From Antedon mediterranea (lineage: Eukaryota; Animalia; Echinodermata): a DNA stretch of 64,000 nt. The notes under the pieces are model-generated. The model was given only the letters and a program-made list of their open reading frames with translations, made no database searches and was not told the DNA's origin. Made by a program: the position numbers and the translations under genes. Of the stretch, positions 1-12,929 are shown piece by piece (positions within the stretch are counted from its first letter, which is position 1; every line of letters begins with the position of its first letter). The DNA is taken from contig NC_092679.1 in the NCBI RefSeq assembly GCF_964355755.1, forward strand, positions 15,917,432 to 15,981,431. The letters run 5' to 3'.

Positions 1-499
1 TTAATCACTTCTGTAGAAAAAAAAATAAAATAATGTTGTCACTTATAAAATGACAAAATAAATGGTTAAATTTCACCAAAAACCATTGGCTGGCAGCCAA
101 TTTGACAATTTTTTGCTTTAAATTGCAGTTTTTTTCAGGTAATACATTTTTTTTCGATCAAATTTTTGGTCAAAGGTGATAATTATTATGTGACATTAAA
201 ATGACATATTCAACAAACAAATGAAAAAAAAAAATATTTTTCAGGGGGACAATACATCTTTAATAGGTGTCCCCTGAATAAGAATTATATTGTTTTGTAA
301 AAAGCATATATTGTTCTTTCATTGTACAGGAAAGTGTCCCCTTTTTAGGTGTGTCTCAGGGAGTGATTTTACTATTAAAATGCACATTAAAGACTGTAGT
401 TTTTAACAGTAAGAAATTATTATAGTATTGTTCTAATGCGAATTGACATTCAAAATTTATGCTTCTAACCCAATTTGAAGTATCGGCCTCATTTTCTTT

Positions 500-532
<33 letters not shown>

Positions 533-3500
533 CTAGTATGAGCCTTACTTAAACACCTATAGTCTGTCTGAAACGACCCTGTCTGAAATGGCCCTAACTA
601 TTAACTGTCAATAGTCAACAAACAAATAGCAGTGGATCTTAATAAACATAGCATGACAAAGGCTTTGTTTTAATAACATGGGTGTAACTACTATCTATCA
701 GTAAATAACTCTTTTGTATAGTTTTGGCATTTCAAATACATTTTTATTTACCAGTACTATATTGTCCACATTTGTTGTTAATTTTCTTCAAATTATAGTA
801 CAGAATTTAAAAATTGTTGGAAAATTTAATAAATACTATGTGATTAGAAAAATTATACATTCAAAACGGCTGTACATTTATCAATATCACATTGCTCAGA
901 TGATCTGATGATCATAAAACATATGGACAGAACTTAAGGAAACTCTCGTGTATACTTTCTGAATAAATTGCACAGTATTCAGTACTTTATTTCAATGAAG
1001 TACCTGTGTAATAAATCATTTCCTAAAAATTAACTGAAGTACCATTTCATTTCCTTTGATGTTCTCTCTTGTACTCTCACAAACATTCCAAATCATTAGA
1101 AAGTCCTTGAACCACTCTGAATAAATATCTGTACTAATTTAATTATCAAAACTGAAACAGCAACTACCTATCTAGTACTGTTTTTCAGTGGTATCAATAC
1201 TTCTATATTCAGCATAATTACTATAATTATGAAAACTGTAGCTATAATTTAACTTTTTTTGTAATTATTTTGTGTTTTTTCGAGTGATCGTGAAATCAAA
1301 ATGGTAATATGTTTGGTCTACTAGCGTTCCTGCTCCCAACTAGTCATCCATTTAAAGAAACGTTGATGAAGCAAGCCTACCTGGTGGTGACTATAGAATG
1401 GTCCTGACTAAACTTTGGCTTTAGTTGACAGAAAATGAAATATTTTGAGATATACTATACGATGTTTGATTATTATAAATATATAGTGTAATGTTTTTGT
1501 GTATATATGCATTAGTTAATTCATAAATACATTTTATATAACATTTAAATATGAAGTCATTATTTCAACATTCATATTAGTTCAACTGTTTGTATAATTA
1601 CTACTAACATTTATAATAGTCGTGCAGGATAGAATGATAAAGATTGCTAAACTAAACAGATATATTTGTGTAAAAGTCAAATTACAAAGACGAGCGGTAA
1701 CGGTAAGTGGAAAACAAAAACATAGAATCTATGATTTTTTATGACTATTTACAACAAACGCGGAGTAGACAGGCGGTTAAGTGGAAACACACGCAGGATA
1801 CAGATTTTATGTGGAATAAGCATGCGATTTTTCGCTTACCTTTACTGTAAATTAAGGGATCATGTAAAAACTATTCTAATGCAACTTCACTTTTACTCTT
1901 AGTAAGAGTAAAAGATTTTTTTTTAACAAAGAAAGATAAAGATTGTGTACTACTACTATCAATATTTAATCGGTTCTTGTTTGTGTTTTTGTTTTTTCAA
2001 AACGATTAATTTCTGTTGTCAAGAAAATACTGTTTTCATTCATAATATTTGTTGTTAATAATACCAAAAAACTGACTTGCAAATTTCAGGGCTAAAGAAG
2101 AATGAGAGGAAAGTATGACAGCTTCCTATGATAAGAAAACAAAGTTAAATAATGTAAAGGAACAATAGTGTAAACAGTTATGTTTCTTGGTAAAACTAAC
2201 TATTTTTAGTCAAAAGTCAAAATAAAAACCACACTGTATTCATGGCCTTGGTTATTAAAGTTAGAAGTGCGGTTAAATTAAAATTTTAACAAGCCTATGA
2301 ATCAAATTTTTGGTGGATCAGGCCTACAGTAAAGCCAACAAATGATGTAATATTCTGTTGTGCTTCATTGGCTAGTTCACTTGGTATTGCATCTGAGCAA
2401 GACAAACTAACAACAGGACACTGAGCTCGCCCTGCTATTAAGATAGGAACTCATAACAGTCCTTTGATATTATGTCTGGCTGCGAGTGCGACAAAACCAA
2501 CAGTTGCTGTACTGGGTACATATTCTCTGTGGCATGCAGTGTCTGTTATGGGGCATGGAACTGATCGTGTCGCAGCCACAGATAAACCCTTTGATCTCCA
2601 GAGCTCAGCATCCTGTTGTTAGATTGCCTTGATCTAAAGCAAGTAAAGTTGACAGACAGTTCAATCATTGGTACAAAAGATCAGAAACCTATTTTTAGAA
2701 AAAATGCTTCGTTGACAGGTGGCACGAATCCATAACGTCCTCGTCCTCACTCTATCATTGTTATAAAAATTCTATTCTATAAACACTACAATTGCATGTA
2801 TTGTTATTCCCCAGGCACTTCTATTTTTTACAGTTTAACCAAAACAGCCTTAGCCCTGCTAACACCCTGACCCCTACAGCTTAAGAACAATGTATTACGT
2901 CCCTTTGAGGTGTGAATTAACGCAGTATTGCTTTAGAGAGTTGCAAAGCCACGCTTCTTCAATAATAACATACATTAATCCTGTGAGTGCATCAGACATA
3001 TGGTTTATCTATAAGGGCAATATGCTATGGAAGTAATGACATGTTGCCAATGCTCTGAATTTAAATTCTTCGTGTTTATTATAAATATTAATTTATAATT
3101 GGATGAGTGCAGAAAGAGCATTATGCAAATTAGATTTTTTGCTATAAAAAATAAATTTATACTGTGTAATCTAATTCTAAATAACAATTTTCTATATGAA
3201 TAAAAATTGTCTGTTTGTAATGTTTACAGTACTGTAGCCTATTTTAATTGGTCAAATGTTTTCCCCCTACTGACATTAATTGTACTCGGCAGTGGGTTTA
3301 AGTGGGACTCAATTCACAACCTCCAGAATACACTTACCAACAGTGGTGTTAAGAGTCTACGAGTGCCACTTACCTGGATAAACCGAAAACAGCTCCTTGC
3401 TCTACCCCGGAGAGAGCATTATGGTACAAAGTGCCTAAGCACACCATAATGTATTATTTGTCAACCACACCCTTAGGTGGGCACACCCTCATGTGGGTAC

Positions 3501-3621
3501 ACGTACCATCATAATCTGCCTCAGTTCATACATTTAGCCCACCTAGCTAGAGTTAGATTGCAACCCAAAGGGAGCAGTCTATACTGTACTTTTTCAGTAA
3601 AATAATTTGTTTTGAACTCAC

Positions 3622-4857
3622 CTGAGGTGTTGCAGTGGAAGCCGCAGAAGCCCCAGTTGCTGTATTTTTCCTCCGTAAGAGTGAATCTCTTTTCCCGATC
3701 AAGTCCGATAAATCCACACACATACTTTGCATATCGTAATGAGAGAACGCTTTTCTACCAACTCTAGTATCAACCTCAATTTCACTAATATCACTGCTTC
3801 TAGTCCTTTCTGAACTTTCTGATTTAGTACCACGGATTTTCTTAAGAAATGATGATTCTCCGCCAGTTACTGATTTTGATCGTCCTTTAACTTTTTCCCT
3901 TTTGAATTGTGCTCTACGTTTTTGTTGTGGACTTAAAACATTTTCAACATCTGGTGCGTCCTTTTCATGTTTAGTAGCGACTTTCTCAACTGGAGTTGCT
4001 TGAGGTTTAAAACTTTGCGGTGGGGGAGGGTTCTGTTGTGACTGTGGATGACCTTTGCCTTGTAAAAGTTCTTGAAACGATGGCGGAGCTGGACTCCTTT
4101 GGTCATTTTCCGTTTTCAATTCTTGCAACATTTGGAAAAAACTGTCACCACTGTGACTCTGAACATCTATGGAAGAAGTACTCCCATAATCTCTTGCACG
4201 CGAGGAAAACAAGTTGACATTTGCGTCGTATCCGTCAATCGTGGAATTGCTTGAACTTTTTCGAATTGGATAAAACAAACTCTTATTTTCAGAACGCGAC
4301 AAGGCTTTTAAATTAGCTGGGGTCAATGCACTACCGCCATCCCCTTTCTCGTGAATCGCAAGCTTAGGATTTCTCCTAAGGAAAGATGGTGACCCGCGTC
4401 TCCGTCTATCATCGGTAAACCTTTCCACTCTCTCTCTTACTGACGGTCTTGGTGTATGACCAGAGTTTCTCAATTCATGGTGTCTTTTGAATTCATTTTT
4501 TATAGGTAAATCATCCAACATAACATAATCCAAATTTACTGGTGTTGCTCTGAATTCTCCAGATGACATCATTCTATTATTAGCCTCGTTCCCAGGAGTG
4601 TTATCGTTCTGTCGGTTAAGTCTATCTAAGCTTCCACCGTGGACAACTTGAACTTCTGGCCCTGTGCTACTTTTTGACAATGAATTTTCATCGACAGGGT
4701 CAACAATAGGTTGTTCATTATCTTTCAAAACAGTGTTGTGATAGTAATCCGCAGCTTTTTGAGCCCTCTGTCGTATCTCATCACGCAGGTATGGGTAATT
4801 TTTACGCTCACGGTTCCCGTGCACATATGTAGTTGAACTTTCCGCTCGCCCACTCAT
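3622..4857 (-). CDS. SIPA1L1: First coding exon of a SIPA1-like (signal-induced proliferation-associated 1-like) Rap GTPase-activating protein; the rest of the gene lies left of the window
   Basis: The 434-aa ORF contains RKAFSHYDMQSMCVDL...RRKNTATGASAAS, matching the conserved SIPA1L N-terminal motif (FAHYDVQS...RRNTTTGASAA). Acceptor ctttcag| opens the exon at 4905, ATG is at 4857, and donor CAG|GTGAG follows 3622 (412 codons, phase 0). The paralogue (L1/L2/L3) cannot be resolved; invertebrates usually have one gene. Confidence 0.85.
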
Positions 4858-5639
4858 AGTCTATAGCATTTTAAACTGAATCATAACATTACATCAAATC
4901 TGTACCTGAAAGAAAGTAATAATACAAAATATTTAGCAAAATTTTATTTTAAATGGAAATATCAAATAGAGGTAACTACTCATACATGATTTGATACCAT
5001 CACACACTTTTACACATTTATAATTCATATCATTGTTAAAGCTCGGCTGACCACGAGTATTTTATAACAAGCTTCGCGATTGGTCAGAACTTACGCTGCC
5101 TATCAATTCACAAGGCAGACTCTGGTACTACTGTATAGCTGAATTATTGAACCTTTCAAACTTAATAAATCTATTAAATGTGCTGATCCTCGCAATTTCT
5201 GTGTCTACAGTAGTGCAGAGCTTTGAGACTTTTGTTTTGCGCTTTATAAATTTAAAACCAACCATTAGAACATCAGTAATCCTTATACTGTAAATGCGCA
5301 ACCAATCTACAATACAAGAAGTAGCCATTTGAAGAGTATTACCTGTATAGTTCAACAATACTCTAAAGCACGGCAGTAAGCATATTTATATAACAAAATT
5401 TAAATGTTGGAATTTTATATTGTTTTTCAAGATGACAGACAAAAATAAATATAAACTCTTATGTCATGGAATTTTTAAAAATGGTAAAATACCATCAATA
5501 ATAATTTCCTGTATTTGCTTTATAGAACACTTCACCTTGGTGTTTTAAAACCACAATCTATTATAGTTGTCATCATGCAATAACTATCTACTGTATATAG
5601 ACGTGCAGTACTTCGTCTGGGGGATATACTGTATACTAA

Positions 5640-5783
5640 AGCTCTGTCTACACTATCAAACTTTATGTGACAAAAATGTTATGTGCCCATGGACACGATG
5701 TCATATCACTACCAAATGTGGGCATATTACTAGCATTTTTGGGCACATTACACTTTTGATAGTTTGATAGTGTAGACAGAGCT
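5640..5783. mobile_element. PIF/Harbinger-type MITE (family A)
   Basis: 23-bp TIRs agctctgtctacactatcaaact / agtttgatagtgtagacagagct, flanked by TAA on both sides (5637-39, 5784-86). A second copy is at 57019-57147. Confidence 0.85.
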
Positions 5784-5786
5784 TAA

Positions 5787-5965
5787 AGCGTGGTTCCCAC
5801 TAGCGACGCAACGCAAGGACGTAACGCAACGCAAGTGAATTGACAAATCACAAGCGATGGCTTATTCGCTTGTGATTGCCAACTGTCTATAACTTCGCTT
5901 GTCATTGGTTAAAACACTTGCGTTGCGTTTACGTCCTTGCGTTACGTTCTAGTGGGAACCAAGCA
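5787..5965. mobile_element. PIF/Harbinger-type MITE (family B), directly abutting family A
   Basis: Long imperfect TIRs tggttcccactag...cgcaaggacgtaacgcaacgcaagtg / cacttgcgttgcgtttacgtccttgcg...ctagtgggaacca. Starts immediately after the TAA that ends family A. Confidence 0.8.
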
Positions 5966-6219
5966 ATGGGCTTGTATCTATTGAAAAATCCCAAAACAAC
6001 GATGTCCTTTGAAAATGGTTTTGGTAGTTTCTTTACTGAAACCGCAATTATGTTATAGCTTAAAATAATGCAGTAAAAAAAACAGTTCAAGAACTGTTCT
6101 TTTGCAATAAAAATCAAAGTTTGTGTGTTTTTTTTTGTGTGTGCACCCTAAAAATAACGGTTTAAAGCCTGCTAAAAAGAAAAAGGCAGTATGAAAGAAC
6201 TCTATGCTATAGTGTACAG

Positions 6220-7050
6220 CAAAGAATATATATCACAAGAATGAGTAATCCGCGATTTTCCCTGTAACAGTAATATTGTCCATGTGGTAGGGCGCCGCCA
6301 TAAGTGTGGATGTATCTGGGACGTATACAACTTTTTGTGACGGTTTCACTAATCAAAGGCTAGACCACCGGTAGTATTTTCATGATAAAAAATGTTATCA
6401 ACTACATGCCAACATCATGTTAAATACTATTTGGATATTTAATTGTTCGTTTTATGCAATTTATTTAGTAAAAACTGCCGTATAAACAGTTTGATTTATC
6501 AACCGGGCGCTACGATAGCGTGACCGGGCATGTTGGTGTTTACGCGTTTTCACAAAGGATAGTTTAATAATATTCCTATATTTAACTTGTTTCTGGTAAA
6601 ACAAATAAATGTTAATGACATTTAACATTTTCTCCTATTAATAACATGTGTTTTATACTAATTTATATCATAAAAACAATACTTAATTTACCGGGCGTAC
6701 AGTAGTACACGGCAATGGTAAAGAATAGGCCGTTCTGAGTAATATTCGTTGATTTTTGGTGTTGCTGTGTTACTGTAGGCCTTTTTTGTGAACTAACTTA
6801 GCATGTTAGTAAATAATTGTCTGCAAAAGTGAATAAACACTAGTTTGTTAATAAATAAATAGTTTACAATTGCAAAAACTATCATCATAATTCTATTTAA
6901 TGTGACATGTATCATGTCAATTAAATCAAGTCTTATTTAGTATGTATACATCCGCCCTTATGAGGGCGGGAATCACTCACTGGAGCTCTCTGTTACAAAT
7001 TTTACATGCAAAAATCGCGGAATACTCATTCTTGTGATATATATTCTTTG
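6220..7050. mobile_element. Non-autonomous P-superfamily-like DNA transposon, copy 1
   Basis: 40-bp TIRs (caaagaatatatatcacaagaatgagt[a/t]..ccgcgatttt, 1 mismatch) with 5'-CAAAG termini and an exact 7-bp TSD TGTACAG (6213-6219, 7051-7057). CA termini with 7-8 bp TSD are typical of P elements. Confidence 0.8.
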
Positions 7051-7460
7051 TGTACAGTAAGAAAGCGGAAAAAAATGTACTTTAGTATTTTTATTCATCC
7101 AGTCTCCATACAAATACATTATGATTTAGAAACCAAGAGAGTTACTATTTGTAAACAAGATTCAGTAACTACAACACTACATATGATTTATATCCCTCTT
7201 GTAGAAGTACTGTATTTAAGTGTACATTTCAGGAAATAATAAATCAAGAATTTAAGACATGATTCATATGAATGGAATTATATTTCAACAGATTACAAAT
7301 AAACAAAATTATTATTTCCTTCTTGGTTGGAAATTTATATTTGTGCATATTCATATTTCAAAGTCTGGGTTGCTGGTTCTTTGATTACAGGGCCTACAGT
7401 ACATGATAAATATTTTGTATAGACTTTCATATGCTGGGATGTACCTAAGAAGGTGGGTGT

Positions 7461-7514
7461 GGAAAAAATGGGCGGGTAGGAAAAAATGGGCGGGTAGGAA
7501 AAAATGGGCGGGTA
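7461..7514. repeat. 18-bp tandem repeat x3 (ggaaaaaatgggcgggta)
   Basis: Directly visible; explains the repetitive spurious ORFs at 7335-7617. Confidence 0.9.
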
Positions 7515-9588
7515 TAGTAGGGTGTTGAACTGTACAGTAGACTGGGGTGAAAGTTTGATGACTCCGTTCACCTCCATCTAGCACCATTCTTAACCATTTC
7601 ACAAAACATGTCAGCAAAATGTCTCAATGATTTAAAAAGGCATGGACAATTTTCAATTTCATAAACATTTTATTATTAATAATTTGAGACAAATGCATTA
7701 AATATGCTGGCATTAAACTACCTTGAAACTATGGCATCAACCCTTATCATTCCTAGTAAAATGTCCATAATAATATCATACTACAATTCCATAACAAAGA
7801 TTTATAATGTTGCTGGCATCATTTCTTTTCCATATTTTCCATCATTATATATTAGAGTCTAAACTAACAGTTACTAGTCATTGTGTTATTGCAGTATAAA
7901 TAATAAACATTTATTTTCTACTCACAAAATGTTGTTTTAAAAGCAATTGTGTTACTGCATAAATAAAGCCATCATGTTTTCAAACTGAAACTGTTGTTAC
8001 ACAAAGGGTACAGTACTTTTAAAAAAATACAAACATTTCAAAATTTACTACTTTCTATTCTTATCTCTTATCAGTAACTCCATGTTCCAATTTACTCTCA
8101 CTCACACACTTTTTGTTTCAATTGATTCTTAATTTTTAGATAATTCTTGTTATCGATTTATTTGTAAACATAAAGCAGTAATTACTTTCTAAAAACTACA
8201 AAAGTATTGTAAAATTTTTAAACGGCTAAACAAAAAATAATGTTAGTTTTGAAGGTGATGAAATTGTGTTTTGGTGAAAAGATGGGACACTCAAGTTGAC
8301 AAAACTCTCTTACTACTTTTGTCACTGTCGGTCAACATTTATTATCTGTGTGAGAATGTAGAACATAGTTTTCACAGTACGAGAAATAGCGTTTGTGACA
8401 TTGCTTGGCGACAAGATGGTACACGCCACAATCAGGTGTTGAAGTCCAAACTCTACTACTTTTGTCAAAATTAATAAGTGAAAATGTAGAAGTTGTTTCT
8501 CAAGACCTCAATGCATAATAAATGTTTAACGAGAAATAGCGCTTGTGCAACATTGGTTGGTACATAACAAGACAGCACAATCTAAACTCTAGACTCTATA
8601 TTTTTGTCAGAATCAATCATCAGTAGGAAGAACGTAAGCAATTTCTCAGGTAGTTGTTCATCTCAACAACCATGATGCACTACAATACTATATGATGATG
8701 GACTGTATTGTAAAGTAGACAGTGATGTACTTATAAACATCATGCTTACAAACCAGTAATGCTCACTGTTAATCCTTTAATGGTCGATTTTAACACTGAA
8801 TGTCAAAATCGACATGTGTGCATAAATTCTCGGCTTTGTGATCTTTTATTTAATACGAAGATATCAAACACTGTTCTGAAGAAGAAAAACTGTAATCTGG
8901 TAATCTTACACGCCATTGTAAATGAGTTTCAACCAGTTTATAAATTCTTGAGGACTAAAAAAGTATTAAATCAACTAAAGTCACAAATGGTTTTCAGCAA
9001 TTGTACGTTTTTATTAAGAAACTCTCACTAGACGTACTGTAGTGAGCCACAGATATACTGTACAATGGATCTAGCCATGTACTGTTCAATTTGTTTTATT
9101 ATTAATCAGTATAATAAAAAGATTTTTCATATATCACGTTCACGTGGTCTTTATTGTGTATCAATAAAAAACAAAAAATAATTTATGGCTTAAATTGGGG
9201 AGCAAGAAAACAATTATGTGTTGTGAGTAGAATTTAATTTGGCAGAAATGGTAGCGAACAAGCCTAATCATAATTACACAAACTAGTAGTGGTGTTAGTA
9301 GTCTATGAGTGCTAGCTTACCTGTATAAACCGACAATAGCCCGTGCGCTCCAGAGGGAAGGCTTTAGATACGAAAGTTCCTAGAACACCCCTGTATTATA
9401 ATGGACCAGTCCACAACCAAGCCCTCATGTGGGAACGTACCAACGTATCACCGTCATCATTTTCTTTTGTAACATGAGAACATTACGACATATAGGATAC
9501 CAAGTGTTAACTTTGTTGTAGATTGTACATTACATACTATACAAGTTACCTACTTTATGAACACTGTTTATAATCAACAATCAGTACT

Positions 9589-9900
9589 GCGAGTGAGTGG
9601 CCGAGCGGTTAAGACAGTGGAACCGTAATCACGTAGCCATAACATCGGCAGGGGTTCGAGGCTCACTCACTCCATGGTTCTGGTGGTAGAACGAGGCTTC
9701 TCGGATAAGGACTATAAACCGTAGGTCCAGTGTACACAACTTGCTCGTGTGCACTTTAAAGAACCTAGTACATCTTTCGAGACGAGTAGGGGGTTACCCC
9801 GGTGTATTAGTACATCAAGGCCACTGATCACCAACTGGGCCCTCTGGGAGATCAGTCTTTGACTGAAGAGGTCACCCAGTATAAAGATAAAACAAACAAA
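9589..9900 (+). mobile_element. tRNA-derived SINE with a Deu/Nin-type central domain
   Basis: A box tggccgagcgg, B box ggttcgag, and acceptor-like stem gagtgagt/actcactc. The core cggataaggactataaaccgtaggtcc...ttaaagaacc...gagtagggggttaccccgg resembles the Deu domain of AmnSINE1/SINE3. A-rich tail (aaac)n. Confidence 0.8.
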
Positions 9901-12900
9901 GTCATAAATAAATGCAGTTTGGCCATTTTATTTCCCATTTCAATCCTGATCGGTTCGAGAGTGGATTCTACTCGCTATTGGTCAGACATGTGAGTGAGAC
10001 ATGGACAATAGAATGAAGATAACTTTGGTGATGACATATTTCAAAAAAGGTTTTGGTGTAGTTAGACCTTAGCCTATGACTACTGTATAGACTGATGATG
10101 ATACCATTTTTATGAAACTACCTACTGTACCAGTAAAAATATTTTTTGTGTGTTATTTTTATGAATGCCAAGACTTAATAACTGACCCTAAAGTCACCTT
10201 TTAAAATTAGGTTAGATTAGTTAAATGAAATTGTTTCTTTTGTTATAAAGTTGATATCAATTTCAAGGTTGAGCAGTCCATATTTCTTGGTTAATGATAG
10301 AAAAGACCACAAACCTTCAGCCTAGCCTATGGCTTAACCAAAGATTGTATTTTTATCAGTAGGGTGTAGTTTGGGTTTTTTATTTTAACATTCCTGAACC
10401 TTCTGCACAGTACAGGTAGCCTAGCCTATGGCTTAAATAATAATAATAATAACCTTATTTGTTGTACTTTTATACCTACATTAACAAGCCTTGAGAAATT
10501 GCAATAATATGTACTGTAATACAAATTTTTTTAAATGTATGGGAAAGCAGAGTTGACTTGGAACTACACGAAATTAAAAACTAAATCAACATAGTGTTGG
10601 CATTAACTGCTGCTGAAAATTCCAAGAAAAAACTCATAATCATGTGAACATGTGAATGAATATGCAATTTTGTGGCGAAAAAAAAAAATATTTCAAACAT
10701 AACATCATCATAATATCCAGGTAAGCTTGGCATGAAACACAAAATGTTTTTTATTTAACGATCCTATTGCTGTAATGAAAGTTAGCTGTACTGTAGACGG
10801 ACCTACTTATATAATTAAATCATTGAGTTTTCTATGATTGAATTAAGTACGCAAATACCAGACAGCTATGCAGGATCATGCAATAATTAGAATTCTACTA
10901 AATATATTTGTGATGGCAACTATAGTTAGAAATGTAAACCAAGATTGTTCCGCATCGATTTCCAAAATGGAGGAGGTGCTGTTACGACAATAAACGTCTA
11001 ATTTCTAAGCTTGATTCAGTTGTAATATTGAGAGAAAAAACTAGGTTTGTTTCACATTGAGCAAAACAGACACGAAATAGGTAATCAATATTATCAACAC
11101 ATCCTGGTGGATATTGTGCGATGAAGCGGACAGTTTCTTCCTATCAATTGTTAACATGTGTGGTGGTGATATTTACAGGAAATCGGTTCAGGTGGAAGGG
11201 TTACCAAACAAAGCACATAGAGGCTAGGGGTTTAATTTAGTATTAATAGTAAGGGTTTATTAATGCCTCAATTTAAATGTGATACTAGTTGAGAATGTAA
11301 AATGTAGAAAAACTAATACTGTACAGTACTATTGTATACTTGCTTGGGCTAACAAAAAAATATATCAAAAAATGCATTTAGGGATAGAATAAAGTCAATG
11401 GGTAGAGAGTCTTTCGCTCTCAGTACATTATGTTACAAAGGTAAAGCTTTTTCTATACTGTGTAGAAGAAATGAAATATAAATCCAGGACATTTTAATAT
11501 GAGACGTATGCTCACAGACTACACTAATAGTTTTCTTTTTTATTTATGGTGAGGGAGTGGCAAATGTCTAGTGTGCTCTCATACAGTATCTTTTACTTTT
11601 ACTAATACAGTATTTTCAAATTAAAATTGACAGACAAATTTACCTTCTACTGTAAGTGTAATGTTCATTATTTTAGGACAGCTCTACTGTATGTTTTTTT
11701 TTAATTCAAAGGATTTTCATCCCATTCCTGTTTTTTATGTGAAGAGTCTTGAAAATGTGTTCCATGCATGGGAACACCTCTACCCCAACCACACCTCTTT
11801 TTCAACCACACCCATTATTGTTAGTATTCTTGTGCAGTAGGCAGAACAATACACAAACAAGCAGTGGTGTTGGTAATGGTAGTCTATTTTATGCTCAGAC
11901 ACCTGGATAAACCAAATAGCCTAATTCATTGAAAACCCCTCTCCACAAATAGAAACTTGTTTATGGTACACATGAAGGTATTGAAACTATTACAAGAAAC
12001 AGCTTCTTATATTATCCATATCGTTTGATTTGTGATTTTGTTTGTTTGCTAGGAAAGATATTACTAAATCTCTTTAAATCTATCTTCAGCCATGGGCTTT
12101 ATTCTTGAGATTACTGAAGCCAAGTAACAAAAAAAATGCTTTGTTGATCCACATTATTAAATGCAGAATGAATGGCTTTTAGTTTTCAAAGAAGCCATAA
12201 AAGGTCAGAACTATTAAATGAACACAAAATAATATACAAACACAAGTTTCGTTTTGAATTTACTGAAATAAATTTATGGATATTAGAGACATGAAAAATA
12301 CTCTTTAAAAAAACCAATGAGACTGACAGTTTACTTTAATAATAATCAATCAATAATCTGCTATAATTTTGAATTACAAAACATTTTTTATTTGTTATTG
12401 ATTTTTTTTTATTTTATAACAATATTTTACAAGGGTGGTCCATCCAGCTGAACCTTATCATAAAAAAAAAATGACAAGACATTAAAACATGCAACAATTC
12501 AGTAAATTAAAATAATGCACATTAATAATAATTTGATACACAATTATTAACATCTTTAAAATAATAATAAAATGTAATAACATGATGATGATTGATATGA
12601 TATTATTGAATTGTTATTACTGTAAAATATGCATTTTATAACATTTTTTTGTATAAAAAAAATTCAGATATTCCAGCAAAAAAGGGACCTCAAATTGGAT
12701 GAAAAAATCTACAGTATTTCTGTCATCATTTGTTTGGGTTTATTTGCTAAATTTATATTTGTATAGATTACGACCAAGTTTAGTAGAGATGCTACAATTA
12801 ATATTCATATACAATGATGATGATAAATATTAAAATAAGAAATGTTATGTTAATATGTATTCCTTTCTACAGTATGGCAATATTCACATTGCAGTATGTT

Positions 12901-12929
12901 TTATTTAGTATCAAACCTAGCATTCATAA

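Noticed and set aside
1830-2650. Further SIPA1L coding exons
   Set aside because: A donor-like site near 1838 and a GC-richer patch exist, but there is no open frame with SIPA1L similarity.
9589-9675. tRNA gene
   Set aside because: No canonical anticodon arm and no T-run terminator; it continues into a SINE body.
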